Assembly: GCA_050575255.1 (NCBI GenBank)
Contig: JBNZDD010013700.1
Span: 3,448,982-3,512,981 of the forward strand
Length of the DNA: 64,000 nucleotides
Source of the DNA: Harriotta raleighana
Taxonomy: Eukaryota
Direction: 5' to 3'
Shown: positions 1 to 11,879 of the stretch, in pieces
Position numbering within the stretch: the stretch's first letter is position 1
Layout of the letters: every line of letters starts with the position of its first letter
Notes under the pieces: model-generated
Told to the model about the DNA's origin: nothing
The model's database searches: none
Seen by the model: the letters and a program-made list of their open reading frames with translations, nothing else
Translations under genes and position numbers: made by a program

Positions 1-414
1 TAGTAGCTGATTTGCTTATAAAATTCTCCTTTCCAAATCTATACTCATCTGTTCTGTTTCATAGTATTACCTGAGCAGGTTTGTGAGTATAAGAACGTAG
101 AGCAGTGAGATCCCCTATTCACAATATCCACCATTCACCAAGAGGACTAGCAATGGAGTGACACAGTCCCTGGAATGAAGAAAGGTTGAATAAACCTGAA
201 GAGGGGAGGAAGGCAGATAAGAAAAGTTTGAGGGAGAGTGGGCATGAGCACAGAGGAAGTGGTGCTGAGGGCAATAGTGATTGAGAGGGAACGAATTAGA
301 AAAGCATTCTGGATACAAAGCCTGAGGTATAATAACTGAGTTTGAAGGAAATGAATGGTGTGAAGTGGGATGATCTCAGTGAATTTAATTGAGGAAAGAA
401 GGCAAAAAAAAAGG

Positions 415-750
415 AAATGATTACACTTTGCATGTGAGGAGTACATCTCAAAGTGCTTCACATGATATATGGTGAAACATAGTGACTGTATGATTTGTAG
501 GCGAACACGGCAGTCAAGTTGCACCACAACAATATTCCACAAACAGCCATGAAATAAATGACCAATTTTATTGACCAATTTACCAGTACACCAGAAACAC
601 TCTTCTCTTTTTGCAGAGTGCCATCTTTAATGTCCACCCAAACAGGCAGATGAGACTTCAGTTTAACATCTTCTCCAAAAGTAGCACCTCCAAGCATGCG
701 GCCACCAACCCCCCCCCATCAAGCCACTGCATTGGAGTGTGGGTCTAGAT
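415..750 (-). mobile_element. Old Deu-domain SINE relic (SacSINE1/AmnSINE1-like)
   Basis: The reverse complement has GTGGACATTAAAGATGGCAC, the Deu core GCTGTTTGTGGAATATTGTTGTGGTGCAACTTGACTGCCGTGTT, and the GTGAAGCACTTTGAGATGT tail. Confidence 0.75.
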
Positions 751-1879
751 CACACAGAGCTCTGTTCACCAGGCCTGATAGGAGAATAGGCTCTATTCAG
801 AGACGACAGTGGGTAGCTTCAATATTTCTATTCTAAGTTTAAAATGTCAGCTTGTCCAAGGAGATATTGCTGTCATTGACAAATCACTCATTTCATATTG
901 CATCCTTGGTTCTGGTATGATATCTAAAACAGAGCAGAATGTAGAATCATAAACACTTACAACACAGGAGGCGGTTCGACTCATCAGATCTGTACTGGCT
1001 TGTAGAGCAAGGTTTCATTCAATCCCTAACTGCAGATGGACATAACAGACAATGAAGCTACTGTATTACCTTTAGTCTTGTAATGTGGGAATATCGCTAG
1101 AATCCATTTCAATAGGTTAAGATGCCATTTACCCATGAAACTTTACTTGAAACTATCAGCTGAATCTGTGCCACCACCTTTCTGCTTAAATGGAGCCAGC
1201 AGAAGTGGCCTTTTATTCTGACTTTAGTCCAAACGAATGGCAAAACTCTTTGAGGTGTGCTCATGATATGAAAGACAATACATAAATGTAGATTGCATTG
1301 TATTATATAAGTGACAGTTTTTATACTTTGAGCAATGTTTGAATGCAAGTGCTTTGAGGGCATAAAAAACAGCCTGAATAATGGTAAAACATTCAGTGCC
1401 CTCGGCTTTGTATGTCCTGTCCTTTGATAGAGTAACTGAATTGAACAGCCCGTGGTAATATAATGTTATGCTAAACAGTATTGTTTTACTGTACAGTATG
1501 TTCAGCTCTGTCCCACCATATGGAGTCCAGGTACAGAACCTCTTGTTTTGTTTATCCAGACCGCGAATGCACCTGATATACCCAGTCAAGCAGCACTCAA
1601 GATTTTCTTTCAGGTGCGGAGTTGATAGATTGTGTTCACCATTGGCAAGTGTATTGCGTGGTAAATATGTTATGATGTTTGTGATGTAAAGATCGTTGGC
1701 GTGGTAAAGATGTTGTGATGTTTGAATGATGTTTACTTTCTACCAGGTAAAACTGCACCCTGCAAACTGTTACTCCAACCCATGCGTCCGTAGATGTTGT
1801 GGAATGGAATGGAACTGGGGAGGTAGTTACTGTATCTTCTTTTTCAATGTTTTTCAAAACATAATTTTTTTCCCCACAG

Positions 1880-1921
1880 ATTTTATTGCATGCTGCCCTG
1901 AAGGTGGTGACGCACAGTGAG
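1880..1921 (+). other. Candidate 42-bp exon (ILLHAALKVVTHSE in phase 0), gene unknown
   Basis: Acceptor TTTTTTTCCCCACAG| and donor GAG|GTATGA; length is a multiple of 3 and only one frame is open. Confidence 0.3.
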
Positions 1922-2151
1922 GTATGATTTTCCAAGGTTGGAAGCTGGTATTTTCTTAAGAATAGCAGAAAAGCAATTTCCAAATAAAGACTGAATTTAA
2001 TATTTTTTGCATAATACTGTACTAAATTGTGAAACAAACTTGTCTTTGACCTAAACTTGTCTTTGACCCACTGTCAGCAAGCTATTTGACCATGAGGTTG
2101 AATTACAGGAGCTCATTCCTGTCCTTACCTGACTTCCACATTCATGTCTTT

Positions 2152-2225
2152 CAATCAATCAATCAAACTTACATTTGTATAGCGTCTTTCACGTCGGGAG
2201 GACATCCCAAGGCATTGAACAGTCT
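2152..2225 (-). mobile_element. Solo L2 LINE 3' tail with (ATTG)n end
   Basis: Reverse complement reads GACTGTTCAATGCCTTGGGATGTCCTCCCGACGTGAAAGACGCTATACAAATGTAAG, the same tail as the L2 at 48538-49520. Confidence 0.8.
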
Positions 2226-2614
2226 TTCCAACAGGGAGAGCAATTGGGAGCACAAGCTTGGGCTTAATTTACCAAACTAACCCTGCAATAATGAGAAAGG
2301 TCCACTACACTAGCTGTCATCAAGGTTGACACCAGTTTATTCAGCGTAACAAGCCTTTGCCTTCCAGAGTCTGCCCAGCACTGATTAGTATTAAGCAGTC
2401 TGATCATTTCATTGGTTGTCTTTAAGTTGGGTTTCATTCTACCACAGAAATATTTTTTTTTAGCATTTGATGTAACTGATGATTTCAACTAAAAGTAATA
2501 TTAACCAAAGGGCAATTACAAAAAAATTAAAGAACTTAGAAAAGTATATCAATATAATTTATCTTTAATTGGAATGTAGAATGATCTGTAAAAAAAATAC
2601 ATATTTAACCATAG

Positions 2615-2960
2615 ACAGTGTGGGTTGAATGCCTCACCTCAAGACTTTAAGCTTGCATAGCCTAGGCCAACTCTCCAATGCAGAGCTGGGGAAACACTTG
2701 GAGGTGGCATTCTTTGGATGGGATGTTAAACCAATATACTGTTGGTCTTCCCAGGTGAATATTAAAGGTCCCATGACACTGTTCGAAAGGAGCAGGGAGT
2801 TTCTCCAGATTTCCTAGTCAACAATCCCCCAGATAAAATTGGTCATACACTTCATGCCTATTGGTGGGGCATTGCTGTCTACAAATTAGCTGCCAACTTT
2901 GCCTCAAAATACTGTCACATTACAGTATATCCTTTGAAGTGCCTTGAAATGCCCCACTGA
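2615..2960 (+). mobile_element. Old Deu-domain SINE relic
   Basis: GGATGGGATGTTAAACC...GGTGAATATTAAAGGTCCCATGACACTGTTCGAAAGGAGCAGGGAGTTTCTCC followed by a Deu-like core. Confidence 0.7.
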
Positions 2961-3797
2961 AGCCAAGTTAATATTGTTGTGGACAGACTAGCTGTCTTCT
3001 ATTCTCTTAGAATTTGTTGGTTGTGTGATTATATTAATTTTGTTCTAATTTAATAGGTTTGTCACCAGGCGATTTGAAGTTGCATTTTAAATTATGATCA
3101 CAATCATATTATAGATTTTGAAAAACTCCCAAGACAGGAGTCCACATTGACATTCATTCAAACAAAAGTATTTTGATATTCAGAATGTAATCTGAGTTGT
3201 CTCTGATCTCTTGTGAAAAATGAATAGCCATTATATGAAACAAGAATAAGAATTTACAAAGCAAAATATGCTGTTGCAGAAAATTATTGAGCTTCATAAT
3301 TTAATGAAACATCAAAGAGGTGAGCTTTTTTTACTCAAAACTGGAGCTTGGCTGCTGTACAGCATTAAATCTTTAAATCTTCATGGCTTTAAATCTTCAG
3401 TAATATAGAATGGCTGAACTCCAATTTCAATAAGTATTTTACAATGTGTTTTTATTACAGCACGTCATGCACCAGAAATTCAATTGGGAAGGAGGCTATG
3501 CTTCACTTATCTATGAATGTATCAACCTTTGGTGGACAATAGGAGATAAATATTAAAGTCTAAGCTACCTTGATGGCTTTAAAACTTTGCATTTTATAAT
3601 GCCTGATTGCATCAACATGTATCAAAGAAAAATGGCTGTCAGGTGCAGTGACTATTTATGTATGCAAATATCTTTTGGAAAGAGCATCTCTCACAAACAG
3701 CTATGGGGTAAATGACAAATTAACATTTAAAGATTGTTAGTCAGCAAACCGGGAGAAACATAACTGTTTTTTTCAAATGTTGTGATGGGATCATTAA

Positions 3798-3980
3798 GAA
3801 CAACAACATCAACAGTTTAAATTTGTATTGCACCTTTTACATCAGGAGGACATCCCAAGGCACTGCAAGTCAGGAATCTGCGCCCAACCTGGTGGTTGGG
3901 ATCAGGAGGGTTGGAGGGTAGGGGTAGGAGGGTGACCAAAGGCACAGTCAAAGAGGAGGGTTTTTGAGACGGATCTTGAA
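3798..3980 (-). mobile_element. L2 LINE 3' end fragment
   Basis: (CAA)n tail, GGAGGACATCCCAAGGCACTG, then the purine-rich 3' UTR and GTCAAAGAGGAGGGTTTTTGAGAC. Confidence 0.75.
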
Positions 3981-4017
3981 GATTAACAAAACCCCTAAAC
4001 AGGAATTGACCTGATTT

Positions 4018-4248
4018 AATAATAATAACCCTTGCGTTTGATATCGCACTTTTCACATCTTCTCGAAATCTCAAAGCACTTCACAAAATATGCTGCAACG
4101 TGAATTGACTGTATATTTTATGAGTGAAATGCGGAAGCCAATTACACACAGTAGTGTCCCACAAACAGTCGTGGATTGAAATGACCAATTTATTATTTTT
4201 TTGAGGCGAGTGTTCGGCGATTGCTTTAACTACTGAGATACAGGACTC
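4018..4248 (-). mobile_element. Younger tRNA-DeuSINE, internally deleted
   Basis: (TAA)n tail, Deu core CCCACAAACAGTCGTGGATTGAAATGACC, and head remnant TTAACTACTGAGATACAGGAC. Confidence 0.8.
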
Positions 4249-4479
4249 CACAAGGCTTGGGTGGGTAAGCATGGGTAAGTTTAACATCTTACCCAAATAA
4301 CAGAAACTCTGACAATGCAGCGCACCATATAGTGTCCACCTGGTCTAAGGTCAAGTCTTGATGTGGGCCTTGAAATCACAGCCTTCTGATCCAGACCCAA
4401 GAGTGCTAACAACTAAGTGAAATCTAGTAGCTACACACATTGCACAGTCTAGTGTTCAGCCATGAAGAACAGGTGAGAA

Positions 4480-4680
4480 ATTTAATTTCCTGTTTTTCGC
4501 TGAGTTAGCAAATCTCTGCTGGAGTCGCAGTTGAGGTGCCACAGTTAGATTCAGCATTCCTAATGCTGGAAAATCAGCCAAGGTTCTCAATCCTGAATAC
4601 AATTTCAATCACCTTGACTGCAAAGTACTGTACTCACTATGCCCCATAACGGTGAATGGCCATTAAGCCAGAAGAGGTTT
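4480..4680 (+). mobile_element. Ancient interspersed repeat, probably SINE (related fragments near 31680-31900 on + and 38060-38400 on -)
   Basis: The motif CTGAGTTAGC..ATCTC...GGAAAATCAGCCAAGGTTC..ATCCTGA recurs in diverged form at the other loci. Confidence 0.45.
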
Positions 4681-6289
4681 TGCCATCCCTGTTCAATGCT
4701 TTCATGGGATAATTGCCATTATCTTGTGTATGTATGTATAAAACAAAACCTATATTCTGTATTTGTTATCATACAAATTTCTGCCAAATTTCACACTGTT
4801 TATTTATGTTGCGTGAATTATTAATGACTCGGATGTTTATACAAACTCTTTGCATTATCGAATAGAAAACATTTATTTATTCACCCATTTTAGTCCTTGA
4901 AGTGAATCTCTGTATTAACACCTCTATTAGGTATCAAATGCAGATGCTGCAAAGGACTGCAGACCCTTAAGTGCAGCTCAATACAGTAAATAATAACACA
5001 ACTACTTTCATTCCATTGAACACAAGCATTTTAGCTAAAAAGACAATCTTATCTGTGACCTTGCTTCAACTTCATTCCCATTGTCATAAAAGAGCTGGCA
5101 ACAGTTCCCTGCTAACAGCTCAGTGATTTGTCTGAAATTCCTTCACAGCAGGCAGTAAATATTCTGACAATAGGAAGCTTCAGGGAAATCAGTTCTGCTC
5201 AAAGTGAAGAAACCTTCTTTTCCCTGTTGCAGTGGCCTATGGCTCTTTCAGGGAGCTTAGTAAAGAGATAACAATTTGATTTGTTATACCATCAGATAGA
5301 CAGGAATTTGACTGGTGGATATGTATGTTTAGCAGCACAGACTTGTGAGAGTAACTTCTTTGCGTAGAACTGCTGAGTGCTCAAATCTGGATCATTCCAG
5401 CCCATAACACCGCAGGTTCATGGCACTGCATTAACATAGCAGTCAAATGGACAAAGTATAATTGCTGCTCAAGACTTCCTGTGTTGCATTGAAGCCATAA
5501 CCATACGGAGGCTTTAAGCTCCAGTTCCCCTTTAATTTGGATCTGATCCAGATAAAACTTTCCACGCACACTGGTTGACACAGCCTGAGACTGATGCTAG
5601 TGGTGCTACAGCCAAGGCAGAAAGATCCTGGAACACTGCCATGGCCTCTAGGCTGAGCATTTAAGAGGGCTGTTAATGTAGTGTTCGTCATTTGCTACAT
5701 GGAAACATTTCACAAACACATTACTGTACTTCATTACTGTGCAAACTTCAGATCCTCCCAATATAAAAAGCGCTCTACAATGTAATTTTGTTGTTGTTGT
5801 TTTGTGAATCACAAAATGCTGAACATTGTGAAATTATGAGCAAGTGGAAGGATTCGGTGCACAATTTTGCCAGTAATTGGGAACTAAAATTGGAATCTGT
5901 AACAACAAGCATTTTCAAAAATTAAATCATGCTTCTTGTGATACATTTATTAGCAATAGGAATTGATTGAGTCATGGTTTTCAGAATAAATTTGTGGCAT
6001 GTAACTAGGGCTAATGTATTTTGCTAACAGAAGTGACTGAATTTAGTCATAGAGGCCTGAGCCAAAATAGCTTCAGGATACATTCATTTATTGGAAATTA
6101 AACATGTTTAGCCCAGGAATGTGCATACAGATCAGCTGTTGGCAGTGGTTTCTGAAGGATATAATTCAAGAGTGCATACATTTGTTACTGTGTCTTGTGT
6201 CTTGTCATCAGACCTATTCCTTTCTCACTTCCAAATATATAATAGAATGGCTCCACTCCCATGGGAAGGCCATTCTAGCATCCTATTTC

Positions 6290-7560
6290 TTCACTCTCAT
6301 TTTGGGTTGTGAGAGACACCAACAAGGGCGTGTATTTATTGCCCATCCCCAGTTTCTCTGGGAAAGTCAGTGGTAGCCCTTTTCTTTAAACTGTCAATGA
6401 TAATAATAAATAATAATAATCCTTGCATTTGATATAGTGCTTTTCACCTCTTTGAGAATATACTGTAAAGTGAATTGACTGTATATTTGTCAGTGAAACA
6501 ATGGCAGTTTTAGATGTCTGGAAGATGTGAGAATGTGCTATATCAAATACAAGGATTATTATTAATCATTAATTATTATAATTATCATTATTGGTGCAGG
6601 ATTGGGAATTCAATGTGTTTGACCCAACAACTGTGAAGCAATGGTATAATATGTCCAAGTCAAAATGGTGAGTAACTTGGAGAGGAATTTTTGGAGCTAG
6701 TAGTACCACAAATACCACTGGTTCTTCTTCTCCTGCAAGGTGGAGATCACAGGGCTGGGAGGTGCAGTCAAAGCAAGCTTGGTGAGTTACTAAGGAAATT
6801 CTGTATATATACAGCTACAGTGCGTGGTCAGAGAAGGAGTGAATCTTAACTTGAGTGGCCAAATTGTGAAACAAGCAAACTGCTTTCTCTTAGATACTGT
6901 GGAGTTTCTCAAGTATTGGTTTAAAAATCTAGTGATTAATATTCTATCACACTCCTGATATGAGCCTAGTAAATGGTGGAGAGGGTTTCAGGAGTTAGGA
7001 GGTGAGCAATGCCTCACAGACTACCGAGTCTCTGCCTTGTTCTTGTAGTCACAAGAGTGTTGATGCGACTGGCCCAATTAAGCTTCATGTTGAATGGTGA
7101 GACACCTACCCTGTAAGAGACTCAACGATAGATTTGCTATTGAAGATAGCACCTACCAGGGTAGGTGTCTGGATTCAGTCTTGTTAGAGACAGTCGCCAA
7201 ACACTTTTGTGGGGTGATGTCAGACCAAGCTTGGATGTTGTCTAGGTTTTGCCGCAGATGGGCATGAGCTGCTTCATTGTCAAAGATGTTGGGGTTCTGA
7301 ATATTATAAAATCATCAGTGTACAATCCCACTCTTGAATTTGTGAGGGATGGAATAACATTGATAAAGCAACCGAAGATGGTTGGGTCAAAGACACTGCC
7401 CTTAGGAACATGTGTAGTGATCCGATGATTGTTCTCCAATAACCACAATCTTCTTCCTGTCTATCCTGACTCTGGCCACCAGATTTATTTTCCTCCTGAA
7501 CTCCATTGGCCTCAGCTTTACTGAAGCTCCTGATTCACATCTGGAAAAACTCAACCTCTC
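6290..7560 (-). mobile_element. Degraded CR1-clade LINE (RT and 3' end), interrupted by SINE tails at 6400-6565
   Basis: ORF 7242-7448 gives VPKGSVFDPTIFGCFINVIPSLTNSRVGLYTDD, a decayed PQGSVLGP..F.N / YADD RT motif pair. Confidence 0.75.
6400..6565. mobile_element. Two DeuSINE 3' tails joined head-to-head
   Basis: Minus-strand tail at 6400-6500 is followed by a plus-strand tail at 6510-6565 (...GCTATATCAAATACAAGGATTATTATT). Confidence 0.75.
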
Positions 7561-7665
7561 TTTAATTGACTGGCAGTAAATCTGTGACATTTCCTTACAT
7601 AGATTTAACATGATAATCATCCCACTAAATTTGTTAGGAAATAACGGAAAATTAGTTGATACCAA

Positions 7666-8011
7666 TTAGTCCACTACCAACCTGCGCACCTCTCCGCCCA
7701 GCAGGCTCCACCTACTCCATAACCCCCGATCCACCCGCCCCACCTTTGGTGGGCGAGCCTTCGGCCATTCTGCCCCCAACCTCTGGAACTCCATCCTGCA
7801 GTCCCTCTGCTTCACTCCTTCCCTGGCCTCCTTCAAGTCCCGCCTCAAGACCCTCCTCTTTGACGGTCACATCGGTCACCACAAATGCCCCCGTTTCCCT
7901 GCACCCTCCCCGTCCCCAACCCCAACCCTAACTCTGGACTGTCCAGAGCTTTGGGACGTCCTCCTGACGTGAAAGGCACTAATACAAGAGTCATTTTGTT
8001 GTTGTTGTTGT
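7666..8011 (+). mobile_element. L2 LINE 3' end
   Basis: GGRAF..SAP.LWNS-type L2 ORF2 C-terminus (GGTGGGCGAGCCTTC...CTCTGGAACTCC), pyrimidine-rich UTR, tail hairpin and (TTG)n. Confidence 0.85.
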
Positions 8012-8454
8012 GGAACAAGAACACTTTTCGAAACTTCTTTCTACCAGCACTTCTTTTTAAAAATGAACATTTACTGAATATCATGAATAACAATTGCATC
8101 CTTTCTCCAGCTATTTCTTCCTATCCGGATTTTTTTTTTATCACTGCAGTAAGTGCTGCTGGTATAATCAAGGAAGTGGTTTGGAGACATTATTCAAGCT
8201 GACAGTATGATGAAGCTGAATAACCTTCTTTAGTTATAATGATACAATCACTGAAGCACCTCGGGTTAATGGCTACCTTGGCCTAACATGAAGTTAGCTG
8301 CCTCATTCTTTTGACACATATCATAAGCATTTCTGCAGAGCCTCAATTTTTCAATAATCTGGTGGATGAAAATAAATTAATTAACCCATCAGGCTTCAAA
8401 TTACTTGGTTATCTACAATTCAATTTACATTTAGATAGTGTGTTTCATATCAGT

Positions 8455-8625
8455 CATGGAGTGAAATGACCAATTTTTTATTATTGTGGGTTTTTTGGGG
8501 AGGGATTATTATTAGGCGTGTGGAGTAAGGAAACTTGTCCAAGGTGTCGCCCTGATCTGCCTGGATTCGAACACGGGTCTCATGCTTCTAAGGCGAGTGC
8601 TCTAACCACTAAGCTATAGGGGCTC
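8455..8625 (-). mobile_element. Younger tRNA-DeuSINE 5' half
   Basis: Reverse complement has the A box TAGCTTAGTGG, B box GTGTTCGAATCC and AAGTTTCCTTACTCCACACGCC. Confidence 0.8.
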
Positions 8626-8731
8626 CACGCTGATGATAACAAAAATAATGATATACAGTAGTACTGTACTTACATTTGAGGGTTACCTTTCACTTGGGGA
8701 GGATGCCTCAAAGCTCTTCACAGAATATACC

Positions 8732-9225
8732 ATAAAGGATAACCAACACAGATTTCTTAAAGGCAAATCATGTCTAACAAACCTGATAGTTTTTTGCTGA
8801 CGTAATGGAGAGGGTTGATGAAGGTAGTGCAGTTAATGTCATTTATATGGATTTTCAAAAAGTGTTTGATAAAGTGCCACATAAGAGACTTGTAAGTAAA
8901 ATAAAAGCCCAACATGTTAAACGGACAGTGGCAGCATGGATACGGAACTGGAGGGAAGTGCGCAGCGGTGTTCCCCCAGGGGTCGGTACTGGGACCACCG
9001 CTGTTTTTGGTCTATATAAATTACCTGGACTTGGGTATAGAAAGTCCAATTCCCAAGCAGATCCAAAAGCTGGGAAAAGTAGTAAGCAGTGAGGAGAATA
9101 GTAGCAGCCTTCAAGAGGGCATAGACATATTGATAAAATGGGCAGACATGTGGCGGATTAAGCTTAATATGGATAAATACGAAGTAATGCATTTTGGGAT
9201 GAAAAATGATGAGAGGCAGTTTTGA
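8732..9225 (+). mobile_element. CR1 LINE ORF2 reverse-transcriptase fragment (frameshifted)
   Basis: KGKSCLTNL; VIYMDFQKVFDKVPHKRL; PQGSVLGPPLFLVYINYLD; LQEGIDILIKWADMWRIKLNMDKYEVMHFG. Confidence 0.9.
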
Positions 9226-10510
9226 TTGCAACAAAATAGGCGAAAAAGGATGTTAATAATGCAAAACAGGAGGAGAGAGTGAAAATTGCATCAAAACAGG
9301 CAGACCAGAGAGAGAAAAGGTGTGTCTGGGACCAAAACAATGTGGCAATGGTCACTGAAGAGGGGGAGGGGCAAGGTGAGCTGTTATGGTCTGAAATTGT
9401 TGAAATCAATATTGAAGCCAGAGGGTTGTAAGGTCCCAACAGATAGATGAGGTACTGTTCCTTGAGGTTCAATGCCAGTCTGTACTGAGTAAGATGACTC
9501 CAAGCAGCACAGCAATAAGAGTTCTTCTGTAAAAATCTACAATCATTACACTTTAAAGTGTATTCCATGAAACGCTTGAGTCATCTCGAAGAAGAAATGT
9601 AGAGATTATTATTATTATCCTGGCAGCCCCAGGACATTTCGCCTAGGAAAGGAAAAAGCAGTCTTTGTTCTTCCTCAATGATTGCTCACCAGGAACTCCA
9701 GCTGGAGAGGGCACATATATGGACTTCAGAGGATGACGTGAACAGGCTAAGCTATGAGACAGCCATAATGAAATAGTCAGTGACATTCACTACCCAGGCT
9801 CAAATGTAAAGAATAGCCATTTATGCGAAGATGGACAGCTATTTTATATTTGATTTGTTTTGTTTCCCTACACTGGAGAACAGTTCAGGCTAAATTTTAC
9901 CAGATTGCATAGAAATGTCTCAGCAGTTTGGGCTGAATAAAAATAACCTAAGAAGTTCAGCTCCAAAGGTCTAACAGCTGCGAGGTTGTTTTCACTCAAA
10001 TATGATTAAAGTGCTCCAAACATCTTTCGAAAGTGACAGACTCTCTTCATAACCTAATAGATTTGTAACAGGAGGACAGGAAACTTCCATGCACATCAAC
10101 AGAATCTGTGAACAGTCATTTACTTTCTCCTTTGCTAGGGAAGCAAAACAAGTCAAATTTAAAACCTGAAATAACTCAAAATAAATATATCCTCCATATG
10201 CAATGCGTACAAATTTGCATATTTTCTATTTTAATAATCTTTGCAATTGATGTAGCTCTTTAACATATCAGAGAGCCATCTCAAGGTCATCCCAGATGTA
10301 TTGGAAAGTGGTTTAACTGTGTGTATTTTCCAGACAAAAAAACAGGGTATTTAAAAAATATTCTAATAAGATCTCCCAATGCTTTAGCCAGGTGTATTGC
10401 TTTGTGGGATGCATCCGTTGTACATTGTACAACAATAGGTACAACTTATCATGAAATATTCCATCCAGTAGCGTTTAACAAAATTTGGTGCAATACACAA
10501 GCGCAAAACA

Positions 10511-10922
10511 CAGTAAAAGCTTGTTTATCCATCACCCTTGGGACCTGATTGTTGCTGGTTAATTAAATATGCTGGATATTCGAGTGGCAAGTTGAGGAAA
10601 ATCCTACACAAGAAATTAAATATTTAGAAACATACCATATTAATAATAGACTAAATAATAACAGAATATTGTACGGATACTTACCAATAAAACATTCTAA
10701 CCTACTCGGTAAAATGATCGGTAAAATAAAAATTCCAACGTTCATTATGTTTAATAAGTGCGCATGCGCACGCATTGCACACATGCGCAAAGTGAGCAAA
10801 CTCGCGAGTGTCCCGGATGGCTCCGATATGAGATCCATTTGCTGAAATGGTGAATTGTATTGGGAGATACCAGTTGGTTGAGCGTTCCGGTTGTTTGGTG
10901 CCGCATAAACAAGCTTTTACTG
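10511..10922. mobile_element. Non-autonomous Tc1/mariner (Tigger/pogo-like) MITE
   Basis: 18-bp TIR CAGTAAAAGCTTGTTTAT ... ATAAACAAGCTTTTACTG; TA on the right and CA on the left; no ORF. Confidence 0.85.
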
Positions 10923-11879
10923 TACCAGCAATTTAAAGGTAACCACAAAACAGGGCATAAACAGGGCTCTATACAACTGTCTTTATCAATCATTTGGCAA
11001 CAGATTAATTCTGAACCTGAACTAGTGCTGCAAGACAATCCTATGTGAAGGACTTTGCCTGAACTGACACCTTTAAAGGTTTCCAATCTGTGTTACATTG
11101 AAATATTATCCTTAACATACTGATGATATTGACTCAATTTTAAGTTTGAAGTTAAAAAATACCACTGATTGGAAGGTTGTTTTCAACATCCAGTCCAACA
11201 GGCAAATATTGACCAAATATAATTCTAACAAGAAATGGGACTATCAATTCTTGCCCTGAAAATAATCTATGTGACTGAAGTGCTGCTATGGACGACAAAG
11301 AATCTGATAGTGGGGAAGAACGTATACTGAAAGTAAACTGGCTAGAGAACAATTAGGAGCAGATCGAACTTGCTGCAGATCTCTTTTTGAATCTCACTGT
11401 TACACGTACAATCATAAATATGACAATATAACAATATACTGCACACGAGTTTGCCACAAAACATTTGACATTGTTCAGTGACTCCAATCATGCCAAAGTG
11501 TTGCAAGAGAGCCAGCAACTATTAATGGCAAATTAGAAGGAGTAAAGGCTAAACTGTTTCATTTTATAGATATTAATATTTCCTGGTAGGTCATCTGTTG
11601 TATTTTGATTTTGTGCAAACTCCTGGGTTTATTTTTCTATAGAAAGATATTTTTTTCAAATGTTGTATAATTTGTCATTCAATATCGGTAGGATTTTTTC
11701 CCCCTTCAATGATATTATAATATGTGTTCCAGTTTATTTTGGGGATCTGACGAAGGCATTCAGTGTAATATTTATCTTCATCTGGGGTAAAATTTGCAAC
11801 AATTCATAACACATTCAATGCATTGATCACATTGAATTTGCTATGGAATGTCACGTATTTCTTTGCATTCCTAAAGAAT

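Noticed and set aside
2036-2068. Short tandem duplications (also 25006-25040, 36562-36607, 42630-42655, 55978-56016)
   Set aside because: Ordinary two- or three-copy slippage duplications with no further structure.
8805-9225. Functional reverse-transcriptase gene
   Set aside because: Short, frameshifted CR1 fragment lacking the YADD motif and the endonuclease.
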